From an uncultured Desulfatitalea sp. (GTDB taxonomy: Bacteria > Desulfobacterota > Desulfobacteria > Desulfobacterales > Desulfosarcinaceae): 64,000 bases of DNA. The stretch is taken from the NCBI GenBank assembly GCA_963668675.2, contig CAXXMB010000001.1:1-64000 (forward strand), read 5' to 3'. Numbering within the stretch: position 1 is the first letter of the stretch; each line of letters begins with the position of its first letter. The position numbers were made by a program, and so were the translations under genes. Under the pieces are notes generated by a model. The model searched no databases and was not told the DNA's origin. It worked only from the letters and a program-made list of their open reading frames with translations. This document shows, in pieces, positions 1 through 9,138 of the stretch.

Positions 1-195
1 CCTTTCGTTAGCTGTTCCAATATTTAGATAAAGAGCATTAGAAATTTTAGTTATTTGTGCTACTTCTTTAATACTGTCAGCCATGATAGGTGAAGCATTA
101 GCCGCTAATAAGATGTTTGCAACATCATTAACTGTTACGTAATTTGTTATACAATGTACTAGTGGTTTTACTTTATCTATGTTATTAATTATCAT
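1..195 (-). CDS. thiM: Hydroxyethylthiazole kinase, N-terminal part (runs off window edge)
   Basis: Manual translation [40 protein letters not shown]... matches the ThiM N-terminal motif; overlaps the cytX stop; not in the ORF track. Confidence 0.9.
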   Translation of the reverse strand, partial: MIINNIDKVKPLVHCITNYVTVNDVANILLAANASPIMADSIKEVAQITKISNALYLNIGTANER

Positions 196-1345
196 TTTTT
201 AATCCTTTTTTAAGTAGAGTGTTATAAATAATTACTAATAATGAAGTAATTATTATTGTTGGTATTGAAATTCCTAAGAAGAAATCAGAAGTGAGAAATA
301 ATCTATATAATATAAAGCCAATTATAAAAATTATTATGTTGGAATAGTTTACTTGTTCTTTTTGAACATCTTTTTTGAATAAGAAATAATCAGTAATTTG
401 TATTGCAGCCATTGGTACAAATACAGAACTGATAAGATACAAGAAGGATTCTAAAGAATTCTGATTCCAAAATAATGAAATAATTAGGCCAATTAAAACA
501 CAAATTATAGAAACTTTTTTTTCATTAAAATTAAATACTGAAAAACTAACACCGCATGAAAAGGCATCTAAGAATGTGGTTGTTATTGTAGATAAAACAA
601 TTATTAATATTCCAATTATTCCCATATTAGAATTAAGTAAAATTAGTGCGAAATTACTTTCTTTGGCAAAAATAGCACAGCCTAAACCTATTATATACAT
701 CCAAGAACTTGCAAAAAAATAAGTTACTGAGCTTAAAAGAGGAATCTTTTTATTACTAGTTTTACTATTAGTATAATCACCAATTAAAGGTAGCCAAGAA
801 AGTGGCATTGCTATAGCTAATTCTAAAGCACTAAAAAAACTTAATGTTGAATCGTTAGTATATGAGTTTTGTCCTTTGAAAATGGTTTTACTTATTATTA
901 TAGATAATATAAATAATAAAGATATTATTATAATTGGAAAAATTTTTACTTCTTTGAATTTTACTATTAACCAAAGAATTATTAATAATGCAATGATAAT
1001 AGCCCAAATTCTTATTGAAATATTTGGAAGTAAGATATTTGCAGCTTGAGAGCCTGAAAATATCATAACAGCTGTCCAGCCAATTAATTGAATCCCATTA
1101 AGTGATGCAAAAAAGGCCCCTCCAGCTTTTCCAAAAGATCTAGCAGTGCTTTTCATAGTAGAAAGTTTAGTATTTGTACTTATTATACCAACTAAATACA
1201 TAAGAAGGCATCCAATAATATGCCCTAAGATAATTACAATTATTCCTGTCTTTAATCCTAAAGGAGCGAATAATGTACCTGTAAGAATTTCAGCAATTGA
1301 AATTGCTGCTCCAAACCAAATTAAAATTGCGTTTAGATAATTCAT
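185..1345 (-). CDS. cytX: NCS1-family hydroxymethylpyrimidine transporter
   Basis: [14 protein letters not shown] and [13 protein letters not shown] motifs, very hydrophobic, lies between a TPP riboswitch and thiM. Confidence 0.85.
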   Translation of the reverse strand: MNYLNAILIWFGAAISIAEILTGTLFAPLGLKTGIIVIILGHIIGCLLMYLVGIISTNTKLSTMKSTARSFGKAGGAFFASLNGIQLIGWTAVMIFSGSQAANILLPNISIRIWAIIIALLIILWLIVKFKEVKIFPIIIISLLFILSIIISKTIFKGQNSYTNDSTLSFFSALELAIAMPLSWLPLIGDYTNSKTSNKKIPLLSSVTYFFASSWMYIIGLGCAIFAKESNFALILLNSNMGIIGILIIVLSTITTTFLDAFSCGVSFSVFNFNEKKVSIICVLIGLIISLFWNQNSLESFLYLISSVFVPMAAIQITDYFLFKKDVQKEQVNYSNIIIFIIGFILYRLFLTSDFFLGISIPTIIITSLLVIIYNTLLKKGLKNDN

Positions 1346-1400
1346 AAAGAAAACATCCTTCGAACCAATATCCTGATATTTTAGAAAGATGTCATATATG

Positions 1401-1489
1401 AAACTCCCTCCGCTGGTATTATCCAGATCAGGTTAAGGGTCGAAGTTGATTACTTCCTCTCAGCTTGCTTACAAGCTCCCCTGGTTCTA
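1401..1489 (-). promoter_or_regulatory. TPP riboswitch (THI box)
   Basis: Reverse complement reads CCAGGGGAGC...GCTGAGAGG...GACCCTTAACCTGATCTGGATAATACCAGCGGAGGGA, the canonical TPP aptamer elements, upstream of cytX-thiM. Confidence 0.95.
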
Positions 1490-1554
1490 ATTAATTTTAT
1501 AAAAATACTAGCATTAATTTTAAATGCTGTAAATTGCTATAGTGCTATTAATTA

Positions 1555-2772
1555 TTATTTAATAACTCTAAAAATAAATCCACTAAGGTAATTACTTTCT
1601 GGGAAAGAAATTCTAACTGGATGATCACTTGCGGCACTAAGTGTTTCTAAAATTTGAATTTCATAATTATTATCAATAGCTGCCCAAGATAGAATTGTTT
1701 TAAATGTTTCTAAATCAATTGCACTTGAACAAGAGAATGAAGCAATAATCCCATTATTCTTAATTTTTTTCATTGCCATTCTATTTAAATCTTTATAAGC
1801 TCTTGAAGCATTGTCCACTTGGCTTCTTTTCTTTGCAAGTTTTGGAGGATCTAGAATCATTAAGTCATAATAGTTTTCTTTGATTTCTCTCATCTCTTCA
1901 AAAATATTACAAACTTTTGTTTCAACTTTTTCTCTAGTACCTTCTGCAAACTTATTGTTGTTAATGTTTATATGAATATTTTTCAATAAAGATTTTAGTG
2001 CAAAATTTGAAGAATCTAAAGCATCAACATGTTTTGCCCCAGATTTTAAGGCATGTAGGGTAAATCCACCAGTATAAGAGCAACCATCTAAAATAATTTT
2101 GTTATCACAATATTTTTCAATTTTTACTCTATTATCTCTTTGGTCACAGAAGAATCCACTTTTTTGACCTGTTCCAGGAATAATTTCATAATCAACACCT
2201 TCTTCAGTGAATTGAATTGGCTCAAATTTTGTTTTAGGCGTAAAATATCCATCTTCATTAAAGAAAAAAGTTTCTTCTTTAAGTTTTTCAAGTCCACAGA
2301 AATTCTTATCAGTATTTAAAATGATAAGACTTGGTTTTAATTTTTCAAAAAGTGTTTTTGCGACAATGTCTTTTATCGCATAGGCTGATCTAGAACTAAT
2401 GATTATTCTAATAAATCCATTATAAAAGTCAGCAACAATTCCTGGAATAAAATCAGCTTCAGAAAAGATAAGTCTATAAGCATTTGTTTCAGCCTTTTTA
2501 ATTAAATCAGCTCTTCTGTTGATAGCTTTAATTAATTTGGTTTCCCACCAAATATCATCTATTATTTCATCGATTTTCCAGCTTAAAAGATGAATTGGGG
2601 TATTAGATAATTTATCATAATATCCATAACCGATAAAGCTGTTATTATAATCTACAACTTTACAAATACAAGGAGATGTTGCATCTACTTTATTGATTGC
2701 ACCTGAAAAAACCCAAGGGTGATGGTTTTTAATTTGTTTTTCTTTTCCCTTTTTTATACTAATCGTATTCAT
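1555..2772 (-). CDS. rlmI: 23S rRNA m5C1962-type SAM methyltransferase (RlmI family)
   Basis: HPWVFSGAI PUA-like start, GQKSGFFCDQRDNR, SYTGGF, ILDPPK, FSCS motifs. Confidence 0.85.
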   Translation of the reverse strand: MNTISIKKGKEKQIKNHHPWVFSGAINKVDATSPCICKVVDYNNSFIGYGYYDKLSNTPIHLLSWKIDEIIDDIWWETKLIKAINRRADLIKKAETNAYRLIFSEADFIPGIVADFYNGFIRIIISSRSAYAIKDIVAKTLFEKLKPSLIILNTDKNFCGLEKLKEETFFFNEDGYFTPKTKFEPIQFTEEGVDYEIIPGTGQKSGFFCDQRDNRVKIEKYCDNKIILDGCSYTGGFTLHALKSGAKHVDALDSSNFALKSLLKNIHININNNKFAEGTREKVETKVCNIFEEMREIKENYYDLMILDPPKLAKKRSQVDNASRAYKDLNRMAMKKIKNNGIIASFSCSSAIDLETFKTILSWAAIDNNYEIQILETLSAASDHPVRISFPESNYLSGFIFRVIK

Positions 2773-2851
2773 GTTTCAAAGAATAGAGTTTTTTTATATA
2801 ATTGTCAAAACAATAGTTGATTAAATAAATGTAGTTGTTAATAATTACAAT

Positions 2852-3511
2852 ATGAAAAAACAACCAATAAGAGCAGTATTATTTGATTTGGATGGGACTT
2901 TATTATATACACTTGAAGATATTGTAGCTTCAGTTAATGTTCCATTAGTTAATAGAGGTTTAGAACCAATAAATATTGAAGAATGTAGAGAAATAGTTGG
3001 ACACGGTTTAAGGAATGCAATTGAAACTAGTTTTGTAAGAAGAGGCTATAAAGCTGATGAAAAAGAACTTGATCAAGCCTTAATAGAATTGCAAACCTAT
3101 TATAAGGAAAATCCTACAAAATATTGCAAACCTTATGATAAAATTAACGATACTTTAAAGAAAATAGATATTCCTTTTGGGATTTTCTCAAATAAAGATG
3201 ATAAAATAGTAAAACAAATAGTCCCTATTGTTTTTCCAGGAATAAAATTTGATTTTGTTTGTGGTGCAAAAGATGGCATATTAAAACCTAATGGTTCTAG
3301 AGTTATAGAATTTAGTAATCAAGTAGGGATTGATGTAAGTCAAATGTTATATGTAGGGGACAGTGAAGTTGATTATAAAACTGCAGTAGATGCAAAATCA
3401 CAAGTCTTATTAGTAACTTGGGGTTATAGAGATAAAGAAGAATTAGTAAAATTTGAAGTTCCAACAGTAGATAGTGTTGAAGATTTATGGAGGTTTATCA
3501 ATGCAAATTAA
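2852..3511 (+). CDS. HAD-family phosphatase (phosphoglycolate phosphatase-like)
   Basis: FDLDGTL motif I, SNK, KP, YVGDSEVD. Confidence 0.85.
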   Translation: MKKQPIRAVLFDLDGTLLYTLEDIVASVNVPLVNRGLEPINIEECREIVGHGLRNAIETSFVRRGYKADEKELDQALIELQTYYKENPTKYCKPYDKINDTLKKIDIPFGIFSNKDDKIVKQIVPIVFPGIKFDFVCGAKDGILKPNGSRVIEFSNQVGIDVSQMLYVGDSEVDYKTAVDAKSQVLLVTWGYRDKEELVKFEVPTVDSVEDLWRFINAN

Positions 3512-4014
3512 TAAAGAAGAAATAATTAAAAAAGCTAAAGATTATATTAGTGCTGAGAGAAATGATATTTTTAGAAAAGAAGTTGAAATAGCTTTAGAAA
3601 ATGAAAATTTTGATGATTTGTATGACAGATTTTATACCACTTTAGCCTTTGGTACAGCTGGTATGAGAGGCGTTATCGGTGGTGGAACAAATAGAATTAA
3701 TACCTTTATGGTAAAAAAAGTTTCTCAAGGATTAGCTTCTTATTTGGTATCAGAAATAAATAAACCTTCAATAGTAATAGCTTTTGATTCAAGAAATTAT
3801 AGTAGTGAATTTGCAAAAGCAGCTGCATTAGTTTTAGCAGCTAATAAAGTAAAAGTATTTCTTTATGATAGTTTAAGACCTGTTCCAATGTTATCTTTTG
3901 CTCTTCGACATTTAAAAGCAAGTGCAGGTATTGTAATTACTGCTTCTCACAATCCAAGTAAATATAATGGTTATAAAGTATATTGGTCAGATGGTGGACA
4001 AGTAACTCCTCCAC
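3501..4014 (+). CDS. Phosphoglucomutase/phospho-sugar mutase, 5' part only, cut at the composition junction
   Basis: FGTAGMRG and ITASHNP (catalytic Ser), YNGYKVYW..GGQVTPP, then homology stops; GGAGG RBS before ATG 3501. Confidence 0.85.
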
Positions 4015-4020
4015 CTTGCG
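4010..4020. other. Abrupt AT-rich to GC-rich junction (probable chimeric join of two genomes)
   Basis: Composition changes within a few bases; both flanking genes are truncated here; no mobile-element ends or repeats. Confidence 0.9.
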
Positions 4021-4716
4021 CAGCCCGGCCACGAACTCCTTGTTGGCGGCCTTGAACTTCTCCGGATTCTGAGGTTGCCGCATACTACTTCCGGCCTCGT
4101 CGATGACAATCACCTTGATGCCCTTCGATCCCATAACTGCCCCAACACCACCGCGTCCGGCATGACGCGTGGGACGCTGCTCCATGTCGGTAAAGGCGAT
4201 GGAAGCGGCGCCCAGCTTCATTTCGCCGGCCTGCCCGATGGAGATGCATCCAACCTTTTCGCCGTACTCGCCCTTGATCTTTTCGACCAGGTCATAGTTG
4301 CCAAGCATCTTCAGGCTGCTGTCCGGGGCGATGGTCGCACCGTCCTTGTTGATGACCACCTTGTAAAGGGTGTCATCTTTTGGCGCCCCCTCCAGGATAA
4401 GGGCCGCATACCCAAGACGGGCAAGCATCTGGGATGGTTGACCGCCCGAATTGGCCTCCTTGATGCCACCGGTCAAGGGGCTTTTGCAGCCGACGGAAAT
4501 TCTTCCTGACATGGCCGCCGCTGAACCGCTCAGCAGGCCGGGCGCAATCACCAGCTTGTTTTCGGTCCCCAGCGGATGACAGGTCGGCGGCACCTCCTTG
4601 GCCACTACGGTGGACGTCATTGCGCGTCCGCCCAGACCGGAATAGGGCCCCAGTGGTTCGGTTTTAATCTCCGGACCTGAAGCAGCACTCATGTTGATTC
4701 GCAGAATTTTGTCCAT
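4015..4716 (-). CDS. aor: Aldehyde:ferredoxin oxidoreductase, N-terminal domain only, cut at the junction
   Basis: MDKILRINM, LGGRAMTS, KSPLTGGIKEANSGG, RHAGRGGVGAVMGSKG; about 230 aa of a family that is normally much longer. Confidence 0.88.
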
Positions 4717-5082
4717 GCCAAGCCTCCCATAGGAATGAATAATTGGTTAAGGCACACAAACTCAAGGCGTCTGTAACGACAGTTTTTGGTGTTGACTGAG
4801 GTGCATCGTGATCGCATCGTGATCGATAAACGTCAACTACATAGTGTAAGTATGGGTATTTATCAGTATTGTCAAGAATAACCAGGAATGACAACGGTTG
4901 CCCGTGCAGTTGTCTCAGAACAACCATGAGATCATAAGTTATGCCTGGAAACCGACATGATGAAGCAGGAATCGATGGTTGAAAACTGACAGTGGCTAAC
5001 CGGTGTGGAGGTCCTCACTGTGAGGGGCTTTCATGCAGGCGCGTGCCGTCTTGGTGGGTTGAAATATCGTGTGTGTGACAAA

Positions 5083-5123
5083 CCACTGAACAGGAAGCGG
5101 AGGGACCGTCGCCTGTTCAGTGG
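5083..5123 (-). terminator. Hairpin downstream of serC
   Basis: CCACTGAACAGG / CCTGTTCAGTGG 12-bp inverted repeat 30 bp after the serC stop. Confidence 0.55.
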
Positions 5124-5153
5124 CGCTGTTTTTAAAGGATCCTGCGGCTTGGG

Positions 5154-6242
5154 CTAACTGTTCGCTTTTTCAAATTTCTTCATAAAATCGACCAGTGCTT
5201 CGACTGCCTTGAGCGGTGTGGGGTTGTAGATGGAGGCGCGGCATCCACCCACCGAACGATGCCCCTTGAGTCCGCCCAGGTCTTGGGCCAGTGCTTCGGC
5301 CACGAACTTCTTCTCCAGTTCTTCGTTCGGCAGTCGGAAGGTGACGTTCATCTGGGATCGGCTGTCGATATCGGCCGTACCCTTATAGAAGTTGCTGTCG
5401 TCAATATAGCCATAGATCAGATCGGCTTTCTGCTGGTTGACGTTTGCCATGCTCTGCAGGCCGCCTACCGTCTCCTCCAGCCATTTGAGGACCAGTTGAA
5501 CCGTGTAGATGGCAAAACAGGGGGGTGTGTTGAACATGGAGTTCTTGTCGGCCTGGGTGGTGTACTTGAGCATGGTCGGAAGATCGTCGGGAACGCGTTC
5601 GAGCATGTCATCGCGCACCACGACCATGCAAACGCCCGCCGGCCCCATGTTTTTTTGCGCCCCGGCGTAAAAGAGACCGAAACGCCCGGCGTCGAAGGGC
5701 CTGGAGAAGATGTCCGAGGACATATCGGCAATCAGGGGCACCTTGCCGGTATCGGGCAGTTGGGCCCACTGGGTGCCCTTGATCGTGTTGTTGGTGGTGA
5801 TGTGGACGTAGGTTGCATCGGGCGTAAATTTTATGCTTTTAGGGATGTAGGCGAAATTGCGATCCTCGGAAGAGGCGACCACTTGAACCGTTTTGCCCAG
5901 GATCTGAGCCTCTTTGATCGCTTTGGTGGACCAGGTGCCGGTGTTGACGTAATCGGCGCTGTCGCCATCGGCTAAAAAATTCATCGGGATCATGCAGAAC
6001 TGCATGCTGGCGCCGCCCTGCAGGAAGAGCACTTTATACCGGTCGTCGAGTTGCAACAGACGTTTTACCCGTGCCACCGCGTCGTTGACCACATCGTCGA
6101 ACCACTTGGAGCGGTGACTCACTTCGGTGACAGACATGCCCGAGCCCTTGAAGTCGAGGAATTCCTGCTGGATCTCTTCCAGAACAGGTAGGGGGAGTGC
6201 AGCGGGTCCTGCGTTGAAGTTGTAGATGCGTTTCGGGCTCAT
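5154..6242 (-). CDS. serC: Phosphoserine aminotransferase
   Basis: YNFNAGPAALP, SHRS, QGGASMQF, AGAQKN (PLP Lys), GHRSVGGCRASIYN; GGAGGT RBS before ATG 6242. Confidence 0.95.
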   Translation of the reverse strand: MSPKRIYNFNAGPAALPLPVLEEIQQEFLDFKGSGMSVTEVSHRSKWFDDVVNDAVARVKRLLQLDDRYKVLFLQGGASMQFCMIPMNFLADGDSADYVNTGTWSTKAIKEAQILGKTVQVVASSEDRNFAYIPKSIKFTPDATYVHITTNNTIKGTQWAQLPDTGKVPLIADMSSDIFSRPFDAGRFGLFYAGAQKNMGPAGVCMVVVRDDMLERVPDDLPTMLKYTTQADKNSMFNTPPCFAIYTVQLVLKWLEETVGGLQSMANVNQQKADLIYGYIDDSNFYKGTADIDSRSQMNVTFRLPNEELEKKFVAEALAQDLGGLKGHRSVGGCRASIYNPTPLKAVEALVDFMKKFEKANS

Positions 6243-6527
6243 GAGTACCTCCATTTTATGTGAATGATGGCCGATAGAGGATGCTCTGGTATCGGCCTGT
6301 TCGAGATTGGGGAAAAACTACTTTTTATCTTAAATCGCGAGCAACAAGTCAATGCCAATTTGAGTTGCGGTACGGGCAATTTCTGAGGCTCTGGTCGAAT
6401 CGGTAATACTGCCGATGTGCGCGTCGGCACGGATACCACTTGACACCCCATGATCAATTGCCCATATTCGTTTTTCGTCCGGGTCGCGCCGCCTATGTTT
6501 AAAAATCCAATCGACAAGGGGAAGACA

Positions 6528-7841
6528 TTGATCACGATATTGGAGTATCCGTCGGAAGCTGCCGTGAAGCGTCTGGATCGCATTGTCTCACGCGATCTGG
6601 CCTTTAGCCGCAAGGAGTTGACTGCCGTACAGCGTATTCTGGAGACCGTTCGCAAACAGGGAGACCATGCCCTGATCGACTATACGCGTCAATTCGATGC
6701 GCCGAAGCTGACGGTCGGGCGGATCGAGGTGACCAAAGAGGAGTTTACGGCCGCAGAGCGCCTGGTCGATCGCAAGTTCAAAAAAGCCCTGGGGCGGGCC
6801 ATCGAACAGATTTCAGCATTTCATCGCAAACAGTTGCCCAACTCGTGGCATGTGACGCCCAGGCCGGGTACTTTTCTCGGACAGATGGTGAATCCGGTGG
6901 ATGCGGCCGGCGTTTATGTGCCTGGGGCAAAGGGCGGAGAGACGCCACTGGTATCGTCCGTACTGATGGGGGCCATTCCGGCCAAAATCGCCGGCGTGCC
7001 TCGCGTGGCCATGGTCACCCCGCCCACCCGGGACGGTGGTGTCAGCCCCCATCTGCTCGTGGCGGCCAAACGCGCCGGCGTCGATGCAGTTTACAAGGTC
7101 GGCAGTGCCTGGGCGATCGCCGCCTTGACCTATGGCACTGAGACGATTCCCAAGGTGGATGTGATCGTCGGGCCGGGCAACGTTTACGTGACCCTTGCCA
7201 AGAAGCTGGTGGCCGGTAGTGTCCAGATCGATATGATCGCCGGTCCCAGCGAGGTGCTGGTCATCGCCGATCAAACTGCGAACGCGGATTTTGTGGCCGC
7301 CGACCTGTTGGCCCAGGCGGAGCACGACCCGAGGGCATCGGCGGTTTTGCTCACCGATGACAGATCCACTGCGCTGGCCGTCAAGGCGTCTTTGAAACGT
7401 CAAGTTGCGCAGTTGTCGCGCAGAGAGATCGCCGAAAAGGCGCTCAAGGCGTATGGCGCTCTGGTGGTGGTGCCCGACATGGACGCCGCCATCGATCTGG
7501 CCAATCGCATCGCGCCCGAGCATCTTGAACTGCAAGTGAGCGCGCCTTTCAACTACCTGGGCCGCATCAAGCATGCCGGCGCCGTCTTCTTGGGAAGCTA
7601 TACCCCGGAGCCGGTGGGGGATTATGTCGCCGGCCCCAACCATGTGCTGCCCACAGCCGGTACCGCCCGCTTCTCGTCCGCATTGGGCGTGAACCACTTT
7701 CTGAAAAACACCAGCGTGATTCACTACACGGCCGAGGCCTTTAAAAAGGAGGCTGGGGATATCATGTGCCTGGCTGAAATCGAGGGCCTGGAGGCGCATG
7801 CCCGCTCGGTCGGCATACGCTTGAAACCGCCCAAAAAATAG
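6528..7841 (+). CDS. hisD: Histidinol dehydrogenase
   Basis: GPGNVYV, IDMIAGPSE, QAEHD, APEHLEL, GDYVAGPNHVLPT; TTG start inferred from RBS. Confidence 0.95.
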   Translation: MITILEYPSEAAVKRLDRIVSRDLAFSRKELTAVQRILETVRKQGDHALIDYTRQFDAPKLTVGRIEVTKEEFTAAERLVDRKFKKALGRAIEQISAFHRKQLPNSWHVTPRPGTFLGQMVNPVDAAGVYVPGAKGGETPLVSSVLMGAIPAKIAGVPRVAMVTPPTRDGGVSPHLLVAAKRAGVDAVYKVGSAWAIAALTYGTETIPKVDVIVGPGNVYVTLAKKLVAGSVQIDMIAGPSEVLVIADQTANADFVAADLLAQAEHDPRASAVLLTDDRSTALAVKASLKRQVAQLSRREIAEKALKAYGALVVVPDMDAAIDLANRIAPEHLELQVSAPFNYLGRIKHAGAVFLGSYTPEPVGDYVAGPNHVLPTAGTARFSSALGVNHFLKNTSVIHYTAEAFKKEAGDIMCLAEIEGLEAHARSVGIRLKPPKK

Positions 7842-7889
7842 TGTGCCGGGGGCGTGGCTAATCTCATCGAATATATTGGATGATTCCAT

Positions 7890-8903
7890 ATGCACGCCAA
7901 GGACGACAATACCATTTTGGTTGTAGATGACGATGCGACGATCCGCCAAATGCTGAGGACCGGTATCGAGCTTGCCGGCTACCGGTGCCACATCGCAGAT
8001 GGCGCCCGGTCGGCACTTGAGATATTGGAGCAGCACAACATCGATGTCGTCGTGGCCGACATCAGGATGCCTGAGACGAGCGGCATTGAGTTGTTGCGTG
8101 AGATCAAATCCAATTTCGCCGCCGACGTGATTATCATGACCGGCTATGTGGACGATTTCAACTATGAGGACATCGTCGAGCAGGGGGCCAGTGATTTCAT
8201 CCAGAAACCGGTTCGCATCGCGGAGTTCGTGGCTCGACTCAAGCGTGTCCTCTCCGAAAGGGGCGCCAGGCAAGAGCTCAAAAAGGCCCTTGGCGACCTC
8301 AAGATCAACCTGGACAAATTCAGGCGCGCGATGGAGGGGATCGTCCAGGCCATCTCTATGGCGGTGGAGATACGCGATCCCTATACCGCCGGCCATCAAC
8401 AACGGGTGGCCGATCTGGCCTGCATCGTCGCAGCCGAAATGGGAATGGGTGAAGATGATATCTATGGGCTTCGCATGGCAAGCGTGATTCACGACCTGGG
8501 TAAGATTACCGTTCCGGCGGGGATCCTGGCCAAACCTGGGCGTCTTTCAGACTTGGAGTATGAACTTATCAAAAACCACGTGAAAGCGGGATACGATATC
8601 CTGAAGCAAATCGAGTTTCCATGGCCGCTGGCCGATACTATATTGCAGCACCATGAAAGGCTTGACGGAAGCGGATATCCCCAGGGATTGAAAGCATCGG
8701 AGATCATGATCCAAGCCCGCATTCTCGCTGTTGCGGATGTGTTTGAGACCATCGCCTCCCACCGTCCTTATCGCCCCTCGTTGGGGCTTCAACACGCCAT
8801 AGATGAGATCAGCAAACATAGCGGAACCCTTTATGATCCGGAGGTGGTGTCCGTTTTGCTGCAGTTGGTCGAGCAGGGCCGCCTATCCGGGTTTTCCAAT
8901 TAG
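7890..8903 (+). CDS. Response regulator with HD-GYP phosphodiesterase output domain
   Basis: REC (VVDDD, DIRMP, KP) plus RDPYTAGHQ, HDLGK, HHERLDGSGYP, HRPYRP. Confidence 0.92.
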   Translation: MHAKDDNTILVVDDDATIRQMLRTGIELAGYRCHIADGARSALEILEQHNIDVVVADIRMPETSGIELLREIKSNFAADVIIMTGYVDDFNYEDIVEQGASDFIQKPVRIAEFVARLKRVLSERGARQELKKALGDLKINLDKFRRAMEGIVQAISMAVEIRDPYTAGHQQRVADLACIVAAEMGMGEDDIYGLRMASVIHDLGKITVPAGILAKPGRLSDLEYELIKNHVKAGYDILKQIEFPWPLADTILQHHERLDGSGYPQGLKASEIMIQARILAVADVFETIASHRPYRPSLGLQHAIDEISKHSGTLYDPEVVSVLLQLVEQGRLSGFSN

Positions 8904-9138
8904 TCGTTTGAACAGGCGGCGATTCGACCTCGAGGCCGTTCAATCAAGGCGCTTTCCGCTACATGCACGCGGACGCAGTATCGAAAAGAGGCCATCGTCC
9001 ACTCTTCAGAACAGGGTCTCGCGGCACAACAACCTGTAACACCATGCAAAGATGGACTTTTTTAGCCCCCCGTGCTATGCTCGGCTCTGTTTTTCGAACA
9101 GATCTTCATGGCATTGATCATACGGATGTGAAGCATTT

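Noticed and set aside
3474..4716. ORF-track proteins 3474..4055 and 3937..4716 as complete overlapping genes
   Set aside because: Their C-terminal tails are read-through across the junction into the other genome's antisense strand
6813..8492. 559-aa minus-strand ORF and similar long antisense ORFs (31718-32944, 33198-34412, 35027-36172, 24828-25946)
   Set aside because: Shadow frames of well-supported GC-rich genes, with no motifs or RBS
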